From positions 15,797,807 through 15,861,806 of the forward strand of contig NC_134031.1 of assembly GCF_964204645.1 (NCBI RefSeq): DNA of 64,000 nt. The letters run 5' to 3'. Position 1 is the first letter of the stretch. Each line of letters starts with the position of its first letter. Shown here one piece after another: positions 25,600-39,709 of the stretch. The notes below the pieces were generated by a model, which was not told the DNA's origin, made no database searches, and saw only the letters and a list, made by a program, of their open reading frames with translations. A program made the translations under genes and the position numbers. This DNA comes from Tubulanus polymorphus. Its lineage: Eukaryota; Animalia; Nemertea.

Positions 25600-26547
25600 A
25601 TGACGAAAACTCATGAATTCGACCACGGTAGCAGACCAACCGAACGAAAGGTAAATGATCAAATTATTAACCGTTTTAATGATGAATGGTTTATATATAC
25701 TTCTGAATTTATTTTTCCTTGTTCAATATGTTTGCGTTAAATGTGTTGTTTAATAATTAATTTTTCGTTTTTCGACTATTTTAGTTGATGAAAGTCGCAA
25801 TAGAGAAAAAACGCCGCGCCAGAATTAATTCCAGTCTGAACGAACTGAAAACATTATTGGAAGTAACTTTCGGTCAACAGGTAATTATCAAAGCCATTTT
25901 GACTGCTGCATGACTCAAAACAAATTCACATAATTAAAACAGTAGATAATCTCTCGGTAATCAGTGTCTAATAAACGTTAATTTTTTTGTAGATCCCGCG
26001 TGACAGTAAATTAGAGAAGGCCGATATCCTGGAATTGGCGGTCGTCCACTTGAAGCAACGACAGCGCCAGCTATTGGCAGCCTCAGCAGTTCGTGACGCT
26101 ACCGTGATGGACAAGTATCAAGTTGGATATAGCGAATGCGTCAGTGAAGTCAGTCGTTACATGGCTTCGGTCGAAGGAATAGACCAAGGACTCAGACCTC
26201 GTGTCGTAGAACATTTATCCAACAAAATAACGTGCGCTTCCGCCAGCCATGCCACATCGGCGACGCGGGCGCCATCTTTCAGTGAAAGTCGGAATTATGA
26301 TATCAGCGCGTCGTCTCAACTCGAAGTACAGCAAATAAATCGAAATGTTTATCAGAACTCAGGACATAATTCAAACATTTCAAACGAAAGTGGTCGCAGA
26401 TTGTCAGCGCCGATATTCGTTGACACGAACTGTAACACTTCTCTATTTAATTCATATTCCGGTGGTTACGGACTATTATCAACAGTAAAACCGAGACCTC
26501 AGCCGATTGCTAACGTATTAAATCAAGATATTTGGAGGCCTTGGTAA
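25600..26547 (+). CDS. Second Hairy/E(spl)-family bHLH-Orange-WRPW protein (HES-B), 3 exons, ~233 aa
   Basis: Exons 25600-25650, 25785-25880, 25993-26547. Motifs [66 protein letters not shown] at 25504, Inr-like TCAGTC at 25535, AATAAA at 26619. Confidence 0.93.
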
Positions 26548-28155
26548 ATTTCCATATATTCATTCTCTGCCTAATATACGAATATTATATAAAGATATAT
26601 TCTTGTCGAAACGGTGCTAATAAATATTGGTTATATTTGTAAATAACAATTAACCCAGACTCAATAGTTTAATGTCTATCGGTCGTTTCAAAGAGGCTTG
26701 CGGCGTTTTCATCGAGAAAAAGAGGGGAATTTCAGCGATTTTGGGGTGCGGAGATTCTAGAGAGCAGCTATCCGGGTTGTCTGAATTTCGTGCGATATAC
26801 GGATTTTTTCGGACCGAATATTCATCATCGAAAAACATTGACAAGATACCCTGATACAAACAACCCTTTCGAAACTAGTTCTTTTATCGAAATATTGCCA
26901 GTGAAGTAGTTTCTGTGTTATTTGACAATTATCTCGGAATCCGGCCCGCAAATCGGTAAATAGTGTGTCCTCTATAGTCGTTCAAAGACTCTGGTAAGCG
27001 AGTATTGTGATAGTTCGCATTTCTCCCGCTATTGTTTAAAGCAGGGGCAGCACTAGACGGTCGAAATCGCCGATTTACTGGTCGTCAAATGAAATTATTG
27101 TCTTCATTTTATAAGACTTTAAACTGTACTTTTCTTTAGATAGAAATGATTCTCAATTTGGTTAATTCTATAAAACAAATGTTTTAAATAGTTTTTATTT
27201 TGGTCGACAAATTAATCCAGTGCACAGCGGGTCCCTCACACTCGTGAGATGGAGCAGTGGAGTAAATTGCGGTCTATCATAGGTACACTTCACTAAAATG
27301 TGCACCTTATGGAGCAAAGCCAGTGATGAAAAGTGCTTTATGCGTTAGCCTAACACCGTGCCTCTGGTGGGTTATAGATCCTCCGACATATCGCTGGAGT
27401 TGGGTAGGATCCATCAATTTGATCAATCACCTACCGACCACGAGCAGGAATATGCTTTATTTTCGAATATGACGTGACACGTTCCTTCTCTATTACTAAA
27501 ACATCGGTATTTTGACTTGAAGTCATCGTATGAGCTAATTTATTTAGACTGACAAATTAAAGAAATTATAAACGTAGTCGATGCAATGCCCTTAAAATTG
27601 GATAAGTCAAAGTTAACTAAGACTTCATTATTTTCTTGGTAGAAATAAAAGATTCCCGCTATCGAGTTCAAAGTTAGTGTTGATCACGTTTTGGGTTAAA
27701 ACGAAAAGGTGATTAATCCGTACTTTTGAACTACCGCACTTGCTGGAATAAAATCGTCAACATAGCCTTCGCGGAAAAGTTTCCTCGCACTCTTAATGCG
27801 CGTCAAGGTCGAATCAGCCGATCACGACTCGATTCAGCGTTCAATGGGCGTCCATGCCGGTTTCACGTGTACGCGTGAACACGGCATGATTTCCTCGACA
27901 CCGGTAACCAATCATCGAGTTCATTACACGACGATGGCCTCATTTCCCCAGAATTGTCCAATCAGCGGCCGCGTTACGTCGACACGACGAGCCGTGTTTG
28001 TAAACGATTACACGTGATAGCCGTGGCTCACCTATACAAAAATACATTCACCATACATAACATATATCTCTTGCGTGGCTCTCAAGTCGATGGTGCGCCC
28101 AGTGTGTTTGTTATTGTGATTATTTCGATGAAAAGTACTGGTTGTTTCGGTGAAG

Positions 28156-31100
28156 ATGATTCTGGACGGAACGTGTGTCCATCTTATCGCCGGCGGGTAA
28201 GGATCGATCAGTGCCGACAGTGGCATTTCATTATATCTCTTCTTTTTTTTGATTAAAAAGCTATGTCAGTCAATTCAATTCAGAATAAAGTAAGGTTGCC
28301 CCCCTTCCTCTCGTCCCTGTGTCTTGTGTTTTTTCCCCGTCGTCAGTTTGAAATTCGTGAAAGATTATTCGTAGAATATATGTCAGTTCATGAGGTGACA
28401 ATCAAGATTGCTGGGCGTCAATAATAGAGTGTCTGTCACTTCTGAAGAATCCACAGATGAGCCAGTTATGTAACACGACTAAAAATTTACCCTGGGCCAC
28501 TTCACAGTTCCAGGTTTCGGTGGCAAAAATCTAGGGACTGATATTCTCGCTACAAAGTCAAACTCAAAATGATATCCCTCATTAAACAGAATCTTGAAAA
28601 CCCATCAAATGCAATGTTTCTTATGTTTCAAAAAAAATTCCTCATTCCTTGATAATGGTTTTTAGCGTAATCAGAAAATTCGGGATTTTCAATAAATTTT
28701 TCAATAAAATAATCGAAATTGTTTAGATAATTCGTTTCGAGCTCGTGATTGTCGGATTTTTATTTTAACTGTCTCGCGCGATTCATTGCGTAGTTTAACC
28801 TTGTTTTCTTATGTTTCAGTGTTGGTGGCACTGTCGGGGCGATAATGACCAGTCCGTTAGAAGTTGTGAAAACGCGATTGCAGTCGTCGGTGGCGAGTTT
28901 CAATTCGAACGTCTACGTTCCTGCAGTCGCTAACGTACCGAGAAATGTAGTCAACCTCAGCACGTGTTCTAGTCATGCCGTACACGCTACTCTTAATCCT
29001 GTCAGACAGAGTGTCGGCCTCATACACTGTTTACGGTAAGGTCGGCTGTTAAATTTCGTCCCCGTTTAAATTTATCGGAAATATCTCGGGAAAATCAATT
29101 GAGCTGTTGCCTGGGAGTAGCTTGGTACTATCTACCCTCGTTTTCCAGGGACTATATCTCATATAGGGCCTAGGGATTCTTGCGATATTTTATGCCAATA
29201 CTCGTCCATTACTCTCAAGGTTCTCTAGTACTCTCAAAACGCTTCGAAATCAATTGAGCTATTGCCCTTTGGGTGTCAAGGACCATTTTTTGCAGGCTTG
29301 ACCCTGATCTGCTGCGAAATTTAGTCGAGTCCTAAATTTTTCGGTTCATAAAATCCAAAATTGATCGTTTGACTAAAGTTGAATAAATAAAAACTCAACG
29401 AACAATTCTCTTTTTTTATAGACATATCATACAAGTCGAAGGTGCCCGAGCGTTATTCAAAGGCCTCGGACCTAATTTAATCGGGGTCGCCCCATCCAGG
29501 TAAGCAGCTTAGTTAAATCATCGGTTGCCTCCTACGCAGACTTTATCGCGATTTGATTAATTACGATTAGACACCGGCGGCTTTAACAGCGCGAGCTAAG
29601 ACCGTTTTGATTAGTTCCTGTAGATGCACCATATGTCACGTTAAAGCCGTCCGTCAATCAGAATTTCTACGAAATGAGTTATTGATACCGATAAAAAAAT
29701 TTTCCTGGTATTTTTTTAGGGCGATCTATTTCTATTCATACGCGCAAGCAAAAAAATTGTGTAATAACAGTAACCTGATGACTCCTGAAACGCCTCTTGT
29801 TCATATCTTCGCTGCTTCTTTCGCTGGTAAGTTCAATCATCCTCCTCGCTTGCCTTGAACATTTTAAATAATTCACAATTTAATTCAGAGGTTGAATTGT
29901 GACAAATATTTCGTTTGATTCTAATGTTGAGACTTTTTTTTGCGTTGGTTTTCAGGTTTTTCGGCCTGTACTTGCACGAATCCGATCTGGTTCGTTAAAA
30001 CCAGGTTACAACTCGATCAAAAGTGAGTATTTTAACCCCGTTTGAATTTCATTTTTCAAGAAAAAAATTTTACGTTTTAAGTTGTTTTCGTTAAATTTTT
30101 GATACCCCTGGATCCAGTTCCAGTTGTTAGTTAAAGTTTGAGGGTTTGTAGTTAACTCATTGAAAGTGAACTAATTTTAACTCTAACTCAGAACTGTGGA
30201 GCTGGATCCTGGGCAATGAAGCCTGAGCAGAAGCTAATTGATTAATTTTGAATGTTGTTCTGCGTGCTGCTTCATGAAATTTCTTTTTTTTGGCCCAAAA
30301 CGGCTAAGTTTGAATTGTTGTCCTCGTTGAAAAGATGATTAAAACAAAAGTTTGATTTGACCTTAAGTTTCTGTGCCCTGCGCTTTGTTCCTTCGGTTTG
30401 TTGAGATTTTGTTTCGTTTATTTTTCGTTCACGTGTCGCCATCTTTTTTCTATTATCGCTTTCAGACGACTGAACCGGTCTTATGTTGCGTCTTACAGGG
30501 CCGACGGTAAGCTGACGACATTCCAGTGCGTGAAGGACATTTATCAGACGATGGGCGTGCGCGGATTTTACAAGGGCATCAGCGCGTCGTATTTCGGAAT
30601 ATCAGAGACCGTTGTGCATTTAGTACTTTACGAAGCGGTGAAGGCGAAGTTGATGTCGTTGCGCGGCACGAATCCGGACGACGATAAAACGGTCGGCGAC
30701 TTCGCGCAGTTCATGTTGGCGGGAGCCGTGTCAAAAACGTGCGCGTCGTCGCTCGCATATCCTCACGGTACGTTAGCACAGAATTTTATAAAACTGGGGT
30801 TGTTTCGCTACCACTGACATAGGGTGGCCACTTATCTAGAAGTCGGGAATTTTCTTTTCTTAGCGAAAAGGCAGGGAATTTTGTATTTAAAAAAAAGACT
30901 CGAAAAGTCAGGGGAATTTGAGATAAATAATATCAAACAGTTCATGTCTATGTCTTACATATGACAGTTAGGGAAAACGACGCACATGTCAGGGGAAAAG
31001 CAAGTTAAGTTAAAATGACCACTCTGTGGCAGTTTTCTTGCCTAAGTTACTCGTAATATTTGGAAAATATTTAGCATTGTGGTAATGCATGTGCACTACT

Positions 31101-32059
31101 TTACTCAGAAATTTCATGAAATTTCTGATACATGTATTTTATTGATGTATTTTGTAATGGGCAACTTTAATGGTAGGCACGACGATAAAATGCGTATTAA
31201 TCATTTGTGTCGAAATCATTGTTTTGAGGGCTATGAACTAACTACAGCCATTGAGTAAACAAAGTTTAGATCCCATTATCCAACATTGCTATTTTGAAAT
31301 TCTCCACTATTTCCAGACATTTGATGTGGCATCCCATTGAGCATTAAACATTAACCTATTCGAAACTTCACTTATGTTACTTATTTCATAATTATCGAAT
31401 GTGTAGTTATGGTTAGTAGACAAATGGATAACCTGTGGAATTACTATTGGCCTTTCTATGACGTACTGGTATCTATATAGAACCAGGCAAAGTTCAACTC
31501 AGTAAATGATGGGTCACCAATTGTTAAATACAATCAGTCCGAAAATTGAACCTTGAATTTTGTCATAATAATACTATCAGTTATGACCGTCAGAATTTGT
31601 ATGGAATATGAAAATAATGTTCAAAAATACGCTAGGGTACGAAATCTGTTCTAAGTCCTTTCTACGACCCTCGATAGTATTTCTGATTCCTTAAACTTCG
31701 AAATGATGAAAATAAGAAGCGGCTTAATTATTGAAAATTGTGATGTCTAATTAGTTTATATTAACTCTTTTATCTCTACTGTGTTTACTGCGTATGACTC
31801 ACCGTTTATTCCGAATTCGTATTTTACAGAAGTGGTGCGCACTCGGCTACGCGAGGAGGGCAACAAATACAAGGGATTTCTGCAAACGTTGCGAACGGTT
31901 TTCGTCGAAGAGGGCTACCGCGGTCTCTATCGCGGATTATTCACGCAGCTCGTGCGTCAGATTCCGAACACGGCTATAATGATGTCGACTTACGAAGCGG
32001 TCGTGTATTTATTGTCTCACGGTCACGGCGGCGACGATGACGACGACGACGACTATTAG
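28156..32059 (+). CDS. SLC25A36: Mitochondrial pyrimidine nucleotide carrier (SLC25A36/33, Rim2-like), 7 exons, ~335 aa
   Basis: Exons 28156-28196, 28820-29035, 29422-29499, 29720-29826, 29956-30022, 30499(or 30466)-30767, 31830-32059. Carrier signatures [30 protein letters not shown]; also [19 protein letters not shown] and [16 protein letters not shown]. Confidence 0.95.
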
Positions 32060-33699
32060 ACGACGATCGATCGATTTATCGAAACGATCTTAAAGATGAA
32101 GTACGACTAAAACAATCAATCTTATTTTGAATCCTTGATTTCGAAAGGTTCGCTCAGGATATTGCGACAAAATGAAAACTTTTTTCGCGGAATCTATTTT
32201 TGAAACTGTGTACCGGTATTTATGAGTTTCCTTAGTTGATGAATGAACGAATGAATGGTGTTAAAGCTGCGCTGCTTCATGTCCCGATTATTCATATGTT
32301 TGCCATTTAAACGATGATATCTTCCCGAATATTCGACGATATTCAATGCAAAAGTCGTTTGTAAAAAATGTCGTTAAGTCTTACTAGTAATGTTCCGGCC
32401 AACTGTGATAGAATTATTGTGATGATGGTGTGAAAAACAAGAGAACCCTATTATAATTGTAGGCAGCTATTTTTCTGTATTTTGTAATGTTATTGTGAAA
32501 ATGAAAAACGTGGCGTACATTGCTTTTTCGAGTAATTTGTGTTGTAATAATGTATACTAGTATCGTGCTAACACTGACTGCTGTGCTATTCGAAAGTATC
32601 TAATCTTCTAAGAACCGTAATGTGCTTTGTCAAATGGTCCCGGTTATTTCGAGAGTATTTCATCGAATTCATATATTCGGTCTTTATAGGATCGAGTATT
32701 TTTGGAAAGAAACCACAATTGCGGCTGTATATTTACGAAAAATATCTATTCTATCGTTTGCCTCAAATTAGGCTCCATAACGATGTACATACATGTTTAT
32801 TGAAAGGTCCCCCCCCCCCCCCCCGGGGAAAATTTATAGCTTTATGACAATGAAGCAGAAATTATGATTAGTCTTGTCTAATGACGACGTTCTCATTTTC
32901 ACCGACCTCGATGATTGCGCTTTATCGCGATCATCGACGTTTAAAACTAGTTTTAACTGCACCAGTGTTCGACTTGTTTATCTGCGTGGACTCTGTGGTT
33001 GTTCGAGTGTAGGCCAGAGCTGTGCACGCTCTGCTACCGTGACACTTTCAAACCAAAGACCACTGCGCTGTTTATTTGCCGAATTTCGCGTGACCTTCCG
33101 TTTCCGTAAAATGAGAACGACGTTGTAAGAAATCCTCAAATAGTTTAACCTAGCACGTTTGATATATTGAATGATTCTAAATTTATTCCCGACTTTGATT
33201 CGAAGTCATTCAATGAATGAATGAGTGAATGAATTAAAAGTTACGCTCAAATTAAGTTTGGTTTTCACGATCATTTCAAGACTATTATGAAGGAAGCACT
33301 TTTCATCACCAACATTCAACATGACATCATTAAAATGGTATTTATGCCAATCTTGCATTTTTTAAGTTTCGACTGATAAGTTTATAAGTGTATTATGTGT
33401 GTTGTATGTGTGGATATAGAGGGCAGTAAGTCTTGTGAAATAATAGGATTTACAAGATGTGGTCATTTTGCTGAAATGCAGAGTTGTCTGCTGTGCTTAA
33501 TCGAACGGGTTTAGTATAGTGTCAATCATGTATATAGCGTTCTATTGTACATATCATACATTCTGAGTGCCGTTTTGTCATTAGAAAGTCGGTCGAATTG
33601 CAACATTGTCAACGACCGCAATTATTTTAGGCACATGGAATATGAATAAGAAAGGCCCCTTGCAATAGTCACAGTTGATATTTTTAGACCGAACTAAGT

Positions 33700-34071
33700 C
33701 AAGGTTTCCAGCAGTCCTTCCAAATCCTTTTGGAAAAAGTTTGGACAAACATCATCTTTCTCCTTCTTTTTGACGCTTCAGGACTCTTTATAATATCTGG
33801 TAATTCAATTGTCAGTAAGATTGAATGTACATGAAATTGTTATGGATTTACCCTGGGGAATATGATATGACTGGTCTACATGGCTAAGGATCCATTGGCT
33901 AATTAAGTTTTCTTAGTGAAGGAATTTGCGAAAATGCTTCCTGATGGATGGTCCTCATTTTACTGGAAAGTACTTCTTTCTCAGTCTAAATGTCCTTCTT
34001 TTGGGTCTATAATTGCTGAAAAATCCCTCGTAGTACTTATTATTGTCCCGGACTTACCACTGGAAGCCCTG
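33700..34071. mobile_element. Non-autonomous DNA element with CARGGTTTCCAG termini in the predicted SLC25A36 3' UTR
   Basis: CAAGGTTTCCAG ... CTGGAAGCCCTG; a homologous, rearranged copy lies at 59513-60014. Confidence 0.7.
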
Positions 34072-37000
34072 TAAGTTCGATTCGTTTCTATAGCCGATCA
34101 ACGGTAACCGAGTATAGGACCAGTGCTAAAGATTTACAACTGTGCTAGTGCCACGTAGTGATATGATTATTCTGTGGTGCTCTAGAATATTATCGGCGAC
34201 AAGAATAAACGCGTTGTAGATATGATAGATTTCAGAAATGAATCTAGTATATATATATATATATATATATATGTTTGTAAATGCAACGAAAGATATTTTT
34301 ATATATAGTGTAGATTTTGATTTTTGTAGATAAGTTTGCCAAAATATGTCGTTAGTATAGCGATGTCGAATAGATGCTTTTTGCAGCAGATGAGATCTTA
34401 TTATACATGTGCAACATGTATAAAGTCTCAGTTTTGTAGATTGAAGGTGGATTTTCGATCGAAACAAGCTCTCATTTGTCAAACTAAGTATAAACTGCCA
34501 TCAAAAAGAAATTCGATAAGAAATTTCCAAATAGTTGAAAGATTGGCTTCCGGGTGTCCGGTTTTTCGGTGACTTCCATGATTGAAATTGCCGTTGTGAA
34601 AAGTGTATTTGATCGAATGATTTTTTTCCGTGAAAAGAATGCTTTTTACATTAGTACGAGTGTTTTGTATAGATAATTTAATGATAAATTTCTACGTTAA
34701 AGTTCGATATAATTTCGACGCGCTGAATTCGAATAAAATATGAAAAATATAAATTAATTATGTTAGAGTTGTTTAAGTTCTTTGGTCATTCTCGTACTTT
34801 TTTGGTTTGAGTTTTAAAAACAAAACCTGACAATACATTGAGTTACGTGTTGCTGGGGTCACATCTTCCGAGGAGTTAACAATGATGAAATGCAGGGGCA
34901 AATCATACTAGGAATTTTGTAAAGCTGGGGTCCAGGAGAAGAGAGAAGGCATTTTCAGGTAAAGCAGTTAAGAGCAGAGTCCCAACCTCGCCTCGGTGTT
35001 CGATAGTTTTCAAGGGAAACATCCGAAAATATGCCATCCAAAACGATGAGTTTCGAATTTGCAGGGTTTTACAATCTTCGTCTTCATCCCCCTAAATCCG
35101 CCCCTGAAATGGTGCATTCCCAACCCAACCACCTAGGTCGGTTCCAAACCTGCGCATTTTGGAGTTATCGAGCCATGTAAAGTTATTTCTGAGCGTTATA
35201 GATCAGATTTTCCAGCATGGTTTCCTCCTTCGTGATGTAAAGCATCCTTCGACATGTAAAGCAACGCTTATTTTCAAGGATAACGCGTGTCGTATTCCCG
35301 ACAAAAACGAAATGAGATCACTTTAACCCCATTTCACGTGTATCTTACCGGATCAATAATGAGCTCTGATTATCAATTCTAAACGGTGTCGTTTGGACAT
35401 TTACATGTATATATTTGTATTTCAGTGAGTATTATTTCAATGAGATCAAATCAGTGCAGTGGTTAAGGCGTCTGGGTGGCAAAAAATATACCAACCTTCA
35501 CCTTTTAGTGAAACTGCATGCGTGGTTTCTGTTTTTCGTTTCAATTACAAAAATTTACGATTTTGTTCTTTATTCGAAAATTAGAATGACCTATTCGAAA
35601 AATGGCATATTTCAGATATGTTTTCCTGCTAGATTTTGGAAATTCCCATTGGCTTCACTTTTTAAACGATCACCAAATACGGACTTTGATTTAACCGTAG
35701 AAACGCTTAAAAAGAATCGTTTTGAATAAACTTTTTGTGATCTCTGATTTAGGGACTAAATTTTGACCTAGTTGGACAGATAAGGCCCCTATATTTTACA
35801 ATTTATTCGAATGTTCATATTGCAATATCGAAAATATCGGATTCATTTATTCAGAATTCAGGTGTACGCATGCTATATGTATATATGAAAAAACCGTGTT
35901 TGTGACAACAGAAACATGCATATATAATCTTCGAAGTAAAGCGTGACAGATGGTAGTGCGGAGTGGAGTGTAATGGTGATCACGTGTACGGGTTATGCTC
36001 TGTTCGTGCAGCTGGGAATCGTGCCAGTAAAACGAAGCTGAAAATAGTTGATAGATGGTGGTATTTCCAGTGCAGCGACTGCAGCTGAAGATAAAATATG
36101 TAGAACATTTTTCCTTGATGCTAAAAATAATAACGGCGTCGCATTAAATCGATCGCCACGTTATTCGATCAAGAAAAAATCTAATCTTTCAATCATTAAT
36201 CTTCGTATCAAAAATTGATCTTTATGTCATTTATGAAAATCATAAAACTATAATATACGCCGGAGCCAATCATGGCCGTGCCCAAGAAAATGATATCCGG
36301 ATAAATGTGCCCGATGTAAACATTGATATTATTACAATGACCCAAATAAACAAATACAAATAACTCAGATTAATATTTGTCAACGTTTTGAACGTTTCCT
36401 GGTCATTTTCACGGTTCACATCGAGTTCAATAAATTGAAAAGTCACGTGCGCGAGATCACGTGCAGCTTTTTGGGGCCTGGATAAGATCGATCAGATGGC
36501 GAGTGTGAGTCAAACTGTTTGGTTACCGAGTATTGTACTACATTACGTATATTCATTTTGCAATTATAACCTGTTTCAATATCCTAAAATGTAATCGTGA
36601 TCGCGCGCCGAAAATAGACATGTACAACAAGTTCATTGAGAAAATTTCATTGCAACCTAGTCGACCCTGCGGGTTTACATTTTGCGTCGTCTGATATATA
36701 TCAATTGTCTAAACAATGAAAAAATACATTAGATTCTATGGGCTAACTACCGATTTTATCTCTTTGTGTTCATAATCTAATCTTTTTATGGAAACCTTTA
36801 AAAAAATTGTGTCTAGGACGCAACCAGGATGCAATCCAGGATATTTCGATCAATGTGGTTGACAAATAAATCATCGGAATGCAGGACAAAGAATGGGAAA
36901 AACTTGGTCACCGGAGCGATCAAGAAATCTAGGGCAGTACTTTCTAGAAACCCCATTTCGCCATCTATGAATATTTCTTGCAACCTTGAACAACCGAAAG

Positions 37001-37077
37001 CCGGACAGCTTTAGTTACGTGTCAACTTGACAACTATTGCGCCATCTATACAAATATGTAAAATGTTCCTCGCTAAA

Positions 37078-37226
37078 CTAGTCCGTATCCTGAGACTACA
37101 GTATCATTGTAGTCCATAGTTAGTTGTTACCTAATCGTTGGTTGTAAGCTTTTTATAATCGGATGTTGGCTTATGTGGTTTGTGAAAATATCCGTCGTGA
37201 AACTAAACCACAGACAGCTGACTAGG
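37078..37226. repeat. Dispersed unclassified repeat
   Basis: ATCGTTGGT.GTAAGCTTTT..TGTGGTTTGTGAAAATATCCG..GAAACTAAACCAC recurs at ~14170-14283; the 5' part recurs inverted at ~7884-7935. Confidence 0.65.
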
Positions 37227-37780
37227 TAGTCCTTACACTGAATCCGTATAAGATCAACAACTCGAAATGACAAATTCATTCTTGGATATTATCACTTTAT
37301 TTGATTAATAGCAACGATATTTAGTAAGTTCAAGTACAAAAAAAAACATTTCACTATGAAATTCAGAAAATAAACAGGACTTAAAGTGAATCGTGAACGT
37401 ATACACGAATATTCCATGATTAAGTACACGAAAAATGGACACAAATCCTCAACATATCAGTCTTATCATTCAACCGCTTCTACAAATCTAATTGAGCAAA
37501 AATTGTCCCTGCCTTTTCAAGTGCATTCGGAAACATAAATACAATGCATTTTTATCTATTGCGTCACTAAAATATAGCGGTTTTTTCGTAGTTATTTTAG
37601 TACATTATTCTCTTACTCGATACAGCACAAGCCTTATTCTACCAATTCAATAATGTATAAATATATATAAAATATGCCATTAATACAATAAAATCGAAAC
37701 TAAACGCACTCATTCAAAATCCCGTGTCATTGTTCACTGAAGGCTGCTTAGAGGCTTGCAGAGAAAAGTCATGGATACTA

Positions 37781-38045
37781 CAGCGGCGGATCCAGGGGGA
37801 GGGGGTTGCGCGTTTTTCGGCAGAGTGACCTTGGAATTTTCTACCCAAGACTTTATGTTTAGAAAATGGTGAAATTGTGAACATATTTCGTTACTTATTT
37901 CAACCAGGAAAGTGCTCAGAATGCATGTAATTTTTCTAAATTTTCTGAAGGAGCATACCCAGACCCCGGCCCACCCCATATGTAAGTAGTGACCTAGGTA
38001 AGAAGTGCGCAACCCTTTTTCCCAAAAGTTAGCCGCCCCTGGATC
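37781..38045. mobile_element. CAGGGGCGGATCCAG-type dispersed MITE family
   Basis: Shares GAACATATTT..TTTCAACCAGGAAAGTGCTCAGAATGC with 42818-43083; related termini at 6247-6584, 34893-35106 and 51352-51500. Confidence 0.6.
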
Positions 38046-39709
38046 ATCATATTTGGAATCTAGATTATACGTGAAATGATTCAGCTCATTATTCTAACAA
38101 TTTCTGAAAAATCAAACTGTCATGACTTCTAGAAGTATCTCAAATACTTTCTCATGGCTTTCTGCAACAGAAAAAAACAAGCGTTCATATAGGAGGAGAG
38201 AACATGTGCGGAAATTTCAAACCCGGACAAACAAACTTCACGCTAAACATAAAATATCATTTTGAAAACAAAAACGAGCTAAAATCAAGATATATAAATC
38301 AGCAACAAATTACGAACATTTACACGAATTTAGCCTCATTTAAGGCTTAACTATTGGACGTCGGATTAAAACACAATTCCTAAACTTAATAGATGTAAAA
38401 CCTGTTCTCGGTTTTTAAGATATATATTCTATCACCGATTTAGAAATTTCCATCAAAACCGTTTATTGCTACAGGATTTGTCGATAGTTTTTACTAAAAG
38501 TCGAACAAGTAAAACAATTCTTTAAGTACACATAGCATATTAAGCTGAACGAATGATAATGAAAAATGTAAGGTATTTTAAATTTTGTCAACATCATAAA
38601 TCAATTAAGTACATAGTATAATGATTGCATAACTATCGAGTGACCCTGATGATAATAATATTTGTTCTAACTGACGGTGCGCTGCGATTTCGTTCAAAGA
38701 AACTGAGACGAAGACGAAACAATTGCGACGACGCGTGATTTAAGTGAGTTATTGAAATAATAGAGAAAAAAAAACAATACTGTTCATTGGCACCGAAGGA
38801 TTTTCATTTGCAGTTCTTCTTCTATTATTTTCTTTAATGTTAAAAGCCACTTCATCAACATCGTACGTACAATACATTCACAATTATATAAATTCATCAA
38901 ACGTAACAACTTTTATCAGCAGTCATTCATTCATTCATTCATTCATGCAGTCATCTGTGGTGCATCATTACACCTGGCACATAAGTGATGTCGAATAAAA
39001 TACACATTACACCCATTTTATCTTATTCTACTTGAGGCTAAAAGAATTGATACCCTGTTTCTCCTCTCCGCTTTGTTTAAAATGTGACCCGGCTGGCCGC
39101 CTATCTACCCTGTACATTACTTCTTTTTAAATCGTGATCAATTTTACCATAACAGACCCGGCGGCTATAGAAATGAACTGATAAAAAATTTTATTGCATT
39201 TCACGGAAATGAAACGGCCACTGCGGAGAAACAAGGTATCATTTTTGTTGAGCCTAAACACTCAGAACTAAACTACATAAAATGATTTATTATATTCAGG
39301 ATTTGTAGCAGTCAGACAATGGCATAAGCCAACACACTTTCCAGCGCTTATTCCTGTATCCAAAGACAGAGTTCCTGGCATTCTTCTAAAATCGATGATG
39401 CTTAAGCCATGAAATAAGAAAATGCATTTTCGACAAAGTTTTCCAGTAGAAATTTCATGCGATGACATTGAGTCCTAAAGATTTAAAGTACTTTTCAGCA
39501 CTTTCAGAATTTTACCTGAAAACTAAGTACTAATCGAGGCATATTCAAATATTTTCAGATAGTAAGCACTATGTCGGCCTCACTACAAACCCTGATACTG
39601 TTATAATTAGGTAACCCCACTGATTTCACTGTCTCTTTCATAGTTTGGCTGCAGCAACTCAAATAAACTCGCTAGGATTCTAGAATTAGGTGCAGTTTGG
39701 TCAAATTAA

